From: Chloroflexales bacterium
Lineage (GTDB): Bacteria; Chloroflexota; Chloroflexia; Chloroflexales; Chloroflexaceae
Assembly (NCBI GenBank): GCA_013336035.1
Contig: JAAXUL010000001.1
Coordinates: forward strand, 1 to 37,112
Length of the DNA stretch: 37,112 bases
Direction: 5' to 3'
The position numbers were made by a program, and so were the translations under genes. Below, one piece after another: positions 31,092-37,112 of this stretch (its first letter is position 1; every line of letters starts with the position of its first letter). Below the pieces are notes generated by a model, which did no database searches, was not told the origin of the DNA, and saw only the letters and a list, made by a program, of their open reading frames with translations.

Positions 31092-31129
31092 CGGTGTACC
31101 CATGGGCCAGCTGGCCCATGAGTACACCG
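31092..31129 (-). promoter_or_regulatory. Intercistronic 17-bp-stem hairpin (16/17 paired) with a 4-nt loop
   Basis: cggtgtacccatgggcc-agct-ggcccatgagtacaccg, between the stop at 31170 and the start at 31045. Confidence 0.45.
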
Positions 31130-31169
31130 CCTCTGGTCACGAAATCAATCCCACAGCGTAGATCAGGCC

Positions 31170-32639
31170 TTATTCGTCATCTGGTCGGTGGACGCCATTG
31201 CCATTGTCGCTCACGACCTTCGCGCTGCCGTTGAGCGAGGGCTCGCCGACAGGGCTGGAAGTACGCCCGACAGCGATCCGGCGCACGGGGGCGCTGCGCT
31301 GCGACTGATCCTGGGGCTGCTCGGGGGCCACGGGCTCCTCCGAGACTGGGGGCTCGACCTTGCGCACGCTGATGCTTCGCTTGAGCGGGTCGGGGCGGAT
31401 GGAGGCGGCGGTACCCGTCGAGTCGGGCAGCGAGGTCGCCTGGCGCGGCAGGCTGCCTCGCTGGGCCCCCTCGTCGATCTCTGTCTCGACGGGCGTCGTT
31501 GGCCGGCGCCCGCGGACGCTCACGCTTGAGCGGACCTGCACGCGACGAGACTGCTGCTGGGTCTGCTCGGACTCCAGGGGCTCGGCGAAGCGCACCGCTG
31601 CCCGCACCACGGGACCGACAGATGCCAGGGGGCCGCCGTCGGCCTCGTGCTGGGCGGCGGTCTGGTAGAGGCCGCGCATCGCATTGCGGCGCACCCGCGG
31701 ATCCTGCAGGCCGCTGACCAGCTCGCCGGCGCCGCCCATCGCCTCGCTGGCGCGGCGGACACTGCGGGCGAGGCGGCGGGGCGCCTCGAAGAAGATGCGC
31801 AGCGTGCGGCTGACCTCGTACAGGCTAGGCTGGTCGGGCATCATCGGCATCGCGCCCATTGGCCCGGTCTGCATGTCGAGCGCGTTGCCGCTGAGCGAGG
31901 TGCCCTGGCGCTGGCTCTCGTAGGCGGCGATCAGGTTGTCCGAGCTGCTTGGGGGCGTCAGCGCCTGCTGCTCCTCGCCGGCGCGACCGACCTGCCACCA
32001 GCGCTTGCGCTCGCTCTTCTTGGCGCTAGCTGGGGCTGCCAGCTCGGCGGGGGGTGGGAGGGCGGCCTCGGGTGTGATGAAGAGAGACTGGAGGGCCACG
32101 CGCTCGCTGGGGGGGAACTCGGCGAAGAAGTTGGCGATCAGCTCCTCGTTGCTGACTGCGTTGACGATCTGGTCGCCCACTAGCTCGACCATGCGGGCGA
32201 AGGTGGCGACATCGTCGGCGGGCATATAGTCGAGGGTGTTCATCACCAGCCGCTCGCCGCTGCCGGGCTCCTCGACTGTACCATTGACAGCGATCCGCCG
32301 CTTGCGCGGGGCGATCGAAGGCAGGCGAAAGGCCAGCTGCACCCGCCCGTGCCAGGGATCCCAGGTCTCAGCCTGCACGACATCGACATCCTTCCAGGGG
32401 AAGCTGTCGACCGTATCATTGAAGAGGCCGCGGGCCCAGGTGACCACCCGCTTGTCGGTGAGGGCCACAAAGTCAGAGAGCGCGAGGCCGCCGACGCGGC
32501 GGCGGGTCTGATCAAGCAGGACGCCATCGAAGAGCGCGAGCAGCGTCTCGCCCTCCTCAAGCAGCCCGCGGTGGCGCATCTCCTCGACGATGGCCGCATT
32601 GACGTTCACGCCGAGAAACGGGCGAGTGCTCATAGTCAT
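31170..32639 (-). CDS. Hypothetical protein: N-terminal PH-like (bacterial PH/GRAM-type) domain plus a long Pro/Arg/Ser-rich disordered C-terminal region
   Basis: The N-terminal ~110 aa (LLEEGETLLALFDGVLLDQTRRRVGGLALSDFVALTDKRVVTWARG...VDSFPWKDVDVVQ...HGRVQLAF) parallel the upstream paralog. The remainder is low complexity. Confidence 0.6.
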   Translation of the reverse strand: MTMSTRPFLGVNVNAAIVEEMRHRGLLEEGETLLALFDGVLLDQTRRRVGGLALSDFVALTDKRVVTWARGLFNDTVDSFPWKDVDVVQAETWDPWHGRVQLAFRLPSIAPRKRRIAVNGTVEEPGSGERLVMNTLDYMPADDVATFARMVELVGDQIVNAVSNEELIANFFAEFPPSERVALQSLFITPEAALPPPAELAAPASAKKSERKRWWQVGRAGEEQQALTPPSSSDNLIAAYESQRQGTSLSGNALDMQTGPMGAMPMMPDQPSLYEVSRTLRIFFEAPRRLARSVRRASEAMGGAGELVSGLQDPRVRRNAMRGLYQTAAQHEADGGPLASVGPVVRAAVRFAEPLESEQTQQQSRRVQVRSSVSVRGRRPTTPVETEIDEGAQRGSLPRQATSLPDSTGTAASIRPDPLKRSISVRKVEPPVSEEPVAPEQPQDQSQRSAPVRRIAVGRTSSPVGEPSLNGSAKVVSDNGNGVHRPDDE

Positions 32640-32702
32640 TCCCTGTCTAGTGCCTGTTTCGCAGCCACCGGCGGGGGCAAGGCGCCGAGACGCGCACGTC
32701 TC

Positions 32703-33923
32703 TTACTGGTGGCGGTCGTCGAGCATCGGCGAGCGGTCGTCCGGTCCGGCGTCACCCGAGCCGCTAACAGCGGGCAGATGTCCGTGGGTGACCGGCATGG
32801 GGGCGACAGCAGCCTGGCCGCGGCGCAGCGGGATCTCACGACGGTCGGGGACGGGCGGGTCGGCCCGGCGCTCCGCAGAGCTGCGCTGCGCTGTCTCGAC
32901 AGGTTTTTCGGCTGTGGGCTCGCGGAAGACCTGCGGCTGAGGCGTAGTGGGGCGGCGGCGCAGGGGGATCTCGTGATAGACTGCGGGCGCGGGTGTGCCG
33001 CCGGCTGCCGACGCCTCGGCGGGCGCCTGGGCCGGGGCGGCTGTCCGCTGTGATGCGCCGCCACGCTGGGATGCATCGGTGGGCGCGGGCGCTGCGCCCT
33101 GGTTGTTGTTGTTGCGGTTGTTGATGAAGGCCATCGCCATCTGCTGGGCGCTGGGGTTACTAGCGACCGTAACGACCAGCTCGTTGATGGCGCGCACGGC
33201 CTCGGTCAGCTCGCGCAGGCTGCCGCTATTGATCTCGATCGGCAGGTCGGCCTCGCGGATCGAGCGGCGCAGGGTGTCCCAGGCCGAGCGGGCGAGGCGG
33301 CCGGCGGTGTAGAACTGCCCGGGCGGAAGGTTGGCCGGGTCGTGGACGAACGCGGGGCCAGGGCTGACTTGCTGGCTGGCGGCGGCGCCGGGCCAGCGAT
33401 AGGGCGTCTCACCGGGGCGCAGGCCATCGACATGGCCATAGATCTGCTCGCCGAGGATCGCCATGATCTCGGCGCCGGCCTCGCGAGAGTCAACGCCCTG
33501 GTCGGCGAGGTCACGGGCGGCCTCGCTGGCGGTACGCAGCAGAGTTAGAGCAGCCTGAAGGTTTGCCAGGGGAAGGAGGGCCAGACTGAAGTTCTGGTCA
33601 TCCTCGTCGGGGGCGGCGAAGCAGAGCTGGATCTGGGCATGGATGGGGTCGATCCCAGTGCCTTCGACCGTCGTCAGCTCCGCCAGGGGGAATGCGTAGC
33701 ACAGGTGACGACCATAGTCGCGCGCCCAGAGGATCACGCGCAGGTTCGTCACCAGGCAGTAGTCGTGGAGAGTCGGGCCGCTCAGGCGATGCCCACTGCC
33801 GTCGAGTAACACACCGTCGAGCGCTACCAAGATCTCCTCGTCGGGCTCGATAAGGCCTAGGGCCTCGAGCTCGGTGAGATGGTTCGGGACGACGGTGTGG
33901 CTGTGATAGAGCAGACTAATCAT
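32703..33923 (-). CDS. Hypothetical protein, paralog of 31170-32639 (PH-like N-domain plus disordered tail)
   Basis: LIEPDEEILVALDGVLLDGSGHRLSGPTLHDYCLVTNLRVILWARDYG...AFPLAELTTVEG...HAQIQLCF, with an NNRNNNNQ and Pro/Ala-rich tail. First gene downstream of csmA. Confidence 0.6.
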   Translation of the reverse strand: MISLLYHSHTVVPNHLTELEALGLIEPDEEILVALDGVLLDGSGHRLSGPTLHDYCLVTNLRVILWARDYGRHLCYAFPLAELTTVEGTGIDPIHAQIQLCFAAPDEDDQNFSLALLPLANLQAALTLLRTASEAARDLADQGVDSREAGAEIMAILGEQIYGHVDGLRPGETPYRWPGAAASQQVSPGPAFVHDPANLPPGQFYTAGRLARSAWDTLRRSIREADLPIEINSGSLRELTEAVRAINELVVTVASNPSAQQMAMAFINNRNNNNQGAAPAPTDASQRGGASQRTAAPAQAPAEASAAGGTPAPAVYHEIPLRRRPTTPQPQVFREPTAEKPVETAQRSSAERRADPPVPDRREIPLRRGQAAVAPMPVTHGHLPAVSGSGDAGPDDRSPMLDDRHQ

Positions 33924-33941
33924 GGTCGAGGATAGAGGAAA

Positions 33942-33985
33942 CTGGATACAGGATACAGAGCTTGGAGGCTGTATCCTGTATCCAG
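33942..33985 (-). terminator. Perfect 17-bp stem / 10-nt loop hairpin immediately downstream of csmA (terminator/attenuator or mRNA-stabilising 3' structure)
   Basis: ctggatacaggatacag-agcttggagg-ctgtatcctgtatccag read directly. It begins 15 nt after the csmA stop and ends 18 nt before the next ATG. Only a short T run (ttt) follows on the minus strand. Confidence 0.6.
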
Positions 33986-33999
33986 TCCCCTGCTCGCTA

Positions 34000-34242
34000 C
34001 TACCGGTTGAATCGCGACCGGATGCGCTTCGGGCGGAAGCTCACATCCGCGGTGGTGAACCCACCCTCGCCGCTGCCGCTGCGGGCGATGCCCGGGTAGG
34101 CGTTGCGGTTGATGTTCTCGACCGCGGCCGACGTGGCCTGCAGCGCATTCGACACCCACTGCCAGTGGCCCTGGAACATGATGTCGCCAATCTGCGCCAC
34201 CGTACCAGCCGACTCCGAGAACCAGCCTCGTGTAACGGCCAT
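34000..34242 (-). CDS. csmA: Chlorosome baseplate BChl a-binding protein CsmA (80-aa precursor)
   Basis: MAVTRGWFSESAGTVAQIGDIMFQGHWQWVSNALQATSAAVENINRNAYPG... with the C-terminal FRPKRIRSRFNR. This is near-identical to the Chloroflexus aurantiacus CsmA precursor as I remember it, including the BChl-ligand His in GHWQW. AAGGAGG lies 7 nt upstream of the ATG. Confidence 0.95.
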   Translation of the reverse strand: MAVTRGWFSESAGTVAQIGDIMFQGHWQWVSNALQATSAAVENINRNAYPGIARSGSGEGGFTTADVSFRPKRIRSRFNR

Positions 34243-34359
34243 CCGTACACCTCCTTGACCTTAGACGAACACCCTAATACAGGCTTACGGGGCATGGCCC
34301 CGGTAGACCCCGGTGGAATGATCCCAAGAGCAGTGGGGGCCGCCCTTGAGCTGAGCGGA

Positions 34360-35559
34360 CTAGGGGCGAACCCCGTTCGCCGCGTAGAATGGTACGATTA
34401 GCCAGTCGCCCTCCATCTCGGCCTGGCCGGCTTCCTGGCCAGCGAGACTTGTGGGCAGGGTCATGATGCGGCGGAAGTCGCCGATCTGGATCACCAACTC
34501 ATCGCCATTCTGGAATAGGTCGAGCTGACTGACATCGGCGAAGGGTAGCTTCAGCTTGACCCGATATGTCCCGTCGGCCAGCTTGGCGATGTCCATCGGG
34601 GACTGCTTGTAGACGATCGCCGTGGGGTCGCTATCGCCATAGATGTCGCGGCCCATCGCGCGCAGCTTCTCGAGGCCAACGACCTCTTCGGCGTAGTAGG
34701 GCACGTGACGGATGGGCAGTGGCGTAAACGAGTGCTCTACATCCAGAAGGTAGCGCTGCTGCACGTCCTTCCAGTGGTTCAGATAGCCGCTGTCCTGGTC
34801 CACCGGTAGGATCTTGTTGACCACCACCGTGTCGACGGTCATCCCATACATCGAGAGATAGGTGAGGGCGCGCTGGCTCTCCTTAATCACCATCTTCTCG
34901 GGGTTCATCACCAGACGGACCGAGGTCTCGAGCGGGTTAGCCAGGGTCTCGGTGACGCCGACCATCTGGGCGAACATGTCGTCGACGGCCTCGTAGACTT
35001 CGGTGGGGGCGATCATCTTGCCGAGCGTCGGGTTGAGCTTGCTCATCGGCCGCAGCAGCGGCTTGATGACAAATTTCTCGGCCCCGCGCAGCATCCCCAT
35101 CGCCCACTTGAAGGTCTCGGGCGCCGAGAGCAGGCGCAGCGTCTCGCCGGTGGGGGCGCAGTCGACCACGAGCAGATCGTAGTCGCCCTGATCTTTGTGC
35201 TTCTTGATCCTGAGGAGCGGTAGGGCCTCCTCCATGCCGGGGAGGACACTCATCTCGTCGGCGAGAATGCCCTCTACCCCCTGCTCGGCCATCAGCTGCG
35301 AGAAGTGCTCGCGCACAACCCCCCAGTTGTTCTCGATGTCATGGTAGATGCTGACTTCGAGGGCGTCGAGGGTGGGCGTGATGCGCACAGGCTCAGGGCC
35401 GAGCGGGCCCTCGAGGTCGAGCGAGTCGGCGAGGCTATGGGCCGGGTCAGTGCTCATTACTAGCGTGCGTAGGCCCATGTCGGCCGCACGCAGGGCCGTG
35501 GCTGCGGCCACGCTCGTCTTGCCGACGCCGCCTTTGCCCGTAAAGATGAGGGTTCGCAT
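34360..35559 (-). CDS. ArsA/Get3-family ATPase with an HSP20-like C-terminal domain
   Basis: P-loop GKGGVGKTS, STDPAHSLADSL, and switch II DCAPTGETLRLL. C-terminal YRVKLKLPFADVSQLDLFQNGDELVIQIGDFRRIMTLP. Confidence 0.88.
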   Translation of the reverse strand: MRTLIFTGKGGVGKTSVAAATALRAADMGLRTLVMSTDPAHSLADSLDLEGPLGPEPVRITPTLDALEVSIYHDIENNWGVVREHFSQLMAEQGVEGILADEMSVLPGMEEALPLLRIKKHKDQGDYDLLVVDCAPTGETLRLLSAPETFKWAMGMLRGAEKFVIKPLLRPMSKLNPTLGKMIAPTEVYEAVDDMFAQMVGVTETLANPLETSVRLVMNPEKMVIKESQRALTYLSMYGMTVDTVVVNKILPVDQDSGYLNHWKDVQQRYLLDVEHSFTPLPIRHVPYYAEEVVGLEKLRAMGRDIYGDSDPTAIVYKQSPMDIAKLADGTYRVKLKLPFADVSQLDLFQNGDELVIQIGDFRRIMTLPTSLAGQEAGQAEMEGDWLIVPFYAANGVRP

Positions 35560-35709
35560 CGTAACCTTTCCAGGAGCAGAGCGCTCAGCGAAGCTTGTGG
35601 GTGGACATTACCTGGGGGGGCCGATCTGTCGCCAGGCCGGCCTTTTTGCTTAAATGGCAAAAGTTTACAGTATATAAGTGCGGGCGAGACTGTCTCTGGC
35701 TGTGCCGCA

Positions 35710-35738
35710 ATACTACCACGAATATCGGGGGGTGTCAA
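35710..35738 (-). promoter_or_regulatory. Strong candidate promoter (TTGACA-N17-TAGTAT) for the ArsA-like gene and possibly csmA and downstream genes
   Basis: The reverse complement reads ttgaca-ccccccgatattcgtgg-tagtat, about 145 nt upstream of ATG 35559, in the divergent intergenic region shared with the haemoglobin gene. Confidence 0.5.
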
Positions 35739-36007
35739 CAAAAGTGACCTATATGAACGAAGGGCTGCTATCAGTTGTCGCGCCGCTACAATAGGCAAAA
35801 AAGGGCAACCAATGCGGAATGACGCGATGCGTTATAGGTCCATTTGTCCATATTTTGCGCAGTGATTTGCCGGACTTTGCCCGGGTCAGGCGAGGGATTG
35901 CACCAGCTTGGCACAGGCGCCCGTAGACCACATCTTGTATGATTTGCAACAAAGCGTGTAAATTTTTCCCACAATCATGCGTCTCGGGCCCATGGTACAC
36001 TAAATCT

Positions 36008-36400
36008 ATGAGCGAGCAGCCAACAATCTTCGAGCAGGCTGGCGGCGCCCCTGCCTTTCGGCGCCTGGTCAACGCTTTCTACGCCCGGGTCGAGCACGAT
36101 CCTCTGCTGCGCCCGATGTTTCCGCCCGACCTTGAGCCCGGCAAAGAGCACCAGTACCTCTTCCTTATCCAATACTTCGGCGGCCCGCCTGCCTATGGCG
36201 AGCAGCGCGGCCACCCGCGCCTGCGTGTGCGCCACGCCCCCTTCCCGATCGGCCCCTCAGAGCGCGACGCCTGGCTTGCCCATATGCTCGCCGCCCTCGA
36301 TGAGGCCGCCATCCCCGAGCCTGCCCGCTCGGCGATGCGCGCCTATTTCGAGCTGGCCGCGCCCGCGATGATGAACCAGCAGTCGCCAAACACGCTCTAG
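36008..36400 (+). CDS. glbO: Group II truncated haemoglobin (trHbO/GlbO-like)
   Basis: TIFEQAGGAPAFRRLVNAFYARVEHDPLLRPMFP...QYLFLIQYFGGPPAYGEQRGHPRLRVRHAPFPIGPSERDAWLAHM. The GHPRLRMRHAPF-type block is characteristic of group II trHb. Start ATG 36008 (the track start 35939 is an over-extension). Confidence 0.85.
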   Translation: MSEQPTIFEQAGGAPAFRRLVNAFYARVEHDPLLRPMFPPDLEPGKEHQYLFLIQYFGGPPAYGEQRGHPRLRVRHAPFPIGPSERDAWLAHMLAALDEAAIPEPARSAMRAYFELAAPAMMNQQSPNTL

Positions 36401-36558
36401 CGGAGTCGCCCCCCGCCCTGGCCATGCCCGACACCCGGCGCGCGCCGCTCGGGCCTCCGCCCGCCCGCCAGGCCCGCCCACAACCAGATCGCAACCTCCG
36501 GCTAGCGGCCATCGTCTGTATTAGCGTGATGGCATTCTAGACACCCACGGAGGTTTTT

Positions 36559-37112
36559 ATGCGGCGAGTGTTGTTGCCGGCAGCGGTGCTGGCGCTGCTG
36601 GTCGCCATGGCGCTGATCCTTGCGTCGGCTCTGGTGCGCCCGCCGACGGCCCCGCTGCCGGGCGGCGCCGCCCGTGTCGAACAGGTTGATACAAGCGCGT
36701 ACCCTGAGATCAGCCTGTATGTCTCGCTGGCCGACCAGGGCGGGGGCCCGCTCTTGGGCCTGGGCCGCGACGACTTTGCGCTGACCGAGGATGGTGTGCC
36801 GGTGGAGATCACGGCCTTCGGCGGCTCGGGCGAGGGCGCGGTGACCAGCGTGCTGGTGGTGGACCGCTCGCTCAGCATGGCTGACGAGAGTAAAATCGAT
36901 GGCGCCCAGGCGGCCGCGGCCACGTTTGTCGACCTGCTGCGACCGGGGGACCGGGCCGCCCTGCTCACCTTTAATGACGATGTGGTGCTGGCCCAGCCGT
37001 TCACCGGGGATGTCGCCGCGCTGACCGAGGCGATCGACGAGCTGCGGCCAATGAGCGGCACGGCCCTCTACGATGCGGTTGTGGCTGGGGTTGAGATGCT
37101 GCGTGACCAGCC
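36559..37112 (+). CDS. VWA domain protein with N-terminal signal/anchor, 3'-truncated by the window edge (absent from the ORF track)
   Basis: My own translation from ATG 36559 (GGAGG 6 nt upstream) gives MRRVLLPAAVLALLVAMALILASALV...TSVLVVDRSLSMADESKIDGAQAAAATFVDLL...GTALYDAV. It has a DxSxS MIDAS motif and runs to the window end with no stop. The listed antisense ORF 36537-37061 has no recognisable features. Confidence 0.75.
   Translation, partial: MRRVLLPAAVLALLVAMALILASALVRPPTAPLPGGAARVEQVDTSAYPEISLYVSLADQGGGPLLGLGRDDFALTEDGVPVEITAFGGSGEGAVTSVLVVDRSLSMADESKIDGAQAAAATFVDLLRPGDRAALLTFNDDVVLAQPFTGDVAALTEAIDELRPMSGTALYDAVVAGVEMLRDQ

Noticed and set aside
28643-35559. Interpreting the ArsA-like genes as an arsenic-resistance (ars) operon
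   Set aside because: No arsB/acr3, arsC, arsD or arsR is present in the window. The proteins are single-domain (not duplicated like the ArsA pump subunit), carry HSP20-like tails, and one lacks catalytic motifs. Their context is chlorosome genes.
36537-37061. 174-aa minus-strand ORF at the right end
   Set aside because: The plus strand has a better gene: a Shine-Dalgarno sequence plus ATG at 36559, a signal/anchor peptide and a VWA MIDAS motif, open to the window end. The minus-strand product is a featureless S/A/T/P-rich sequence.

Overview
GC-rich bacterial chromosomal window. The gene content points to a chlorosome-containing filamentous anoxygenic phototroph (Chloroflexota, Chloroflexus/Oscillochloris-like). 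The left third (1-13.5 kb) is mostly housekeeping or regulatory: a 5'-truncated VWA protein, a histidine kinase plus stand-alone receiver, an orphan Phd/YefM-like antitoxin, MarR, Lon protease, two paralogous secreted proteins plus a 3' remnant of a third copy, a tandem-USP protein and enolase. From about 13.5 to 35.6 kb every credible gene is on the minus strand. This array holds a chlorosome/BChl c island. It contains csmA (80-aa precursor, recognisable by eye), bchU-bchK-csmM-csmN behind a strong sigma70-like promoter, and an NDH-2-like flavoprotein. It also has two tandem B12-binding radical SAM enzymes with their own promoter, three alpha/beta hydrolases, an HExxH protein and a Pro/Ala-rich protein. 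The most unusual part surrounds csmA: three ArsA/Get3-type ATPases with HSP20-like C-termini (one has a degenerate P-loop and switch II) and two paralogous proteins with a PH-like N-domain and a long disordered tail. No ars genes are present. I propose this as a candidate chlorosome baseplate/envelope biogenesis or CsmA-handling system; that is inference only. The right end carries a group II truncated haemoglobin and a second VWA protein that runs off the window and is absent from the ORF track. I found no rRNA, tRNA, CRISPR array or mobile element. Many long ORFs in the track are antisense artefacts of high GC content. All promoter and terminator calls are by-eye motif matches and have not been computed.
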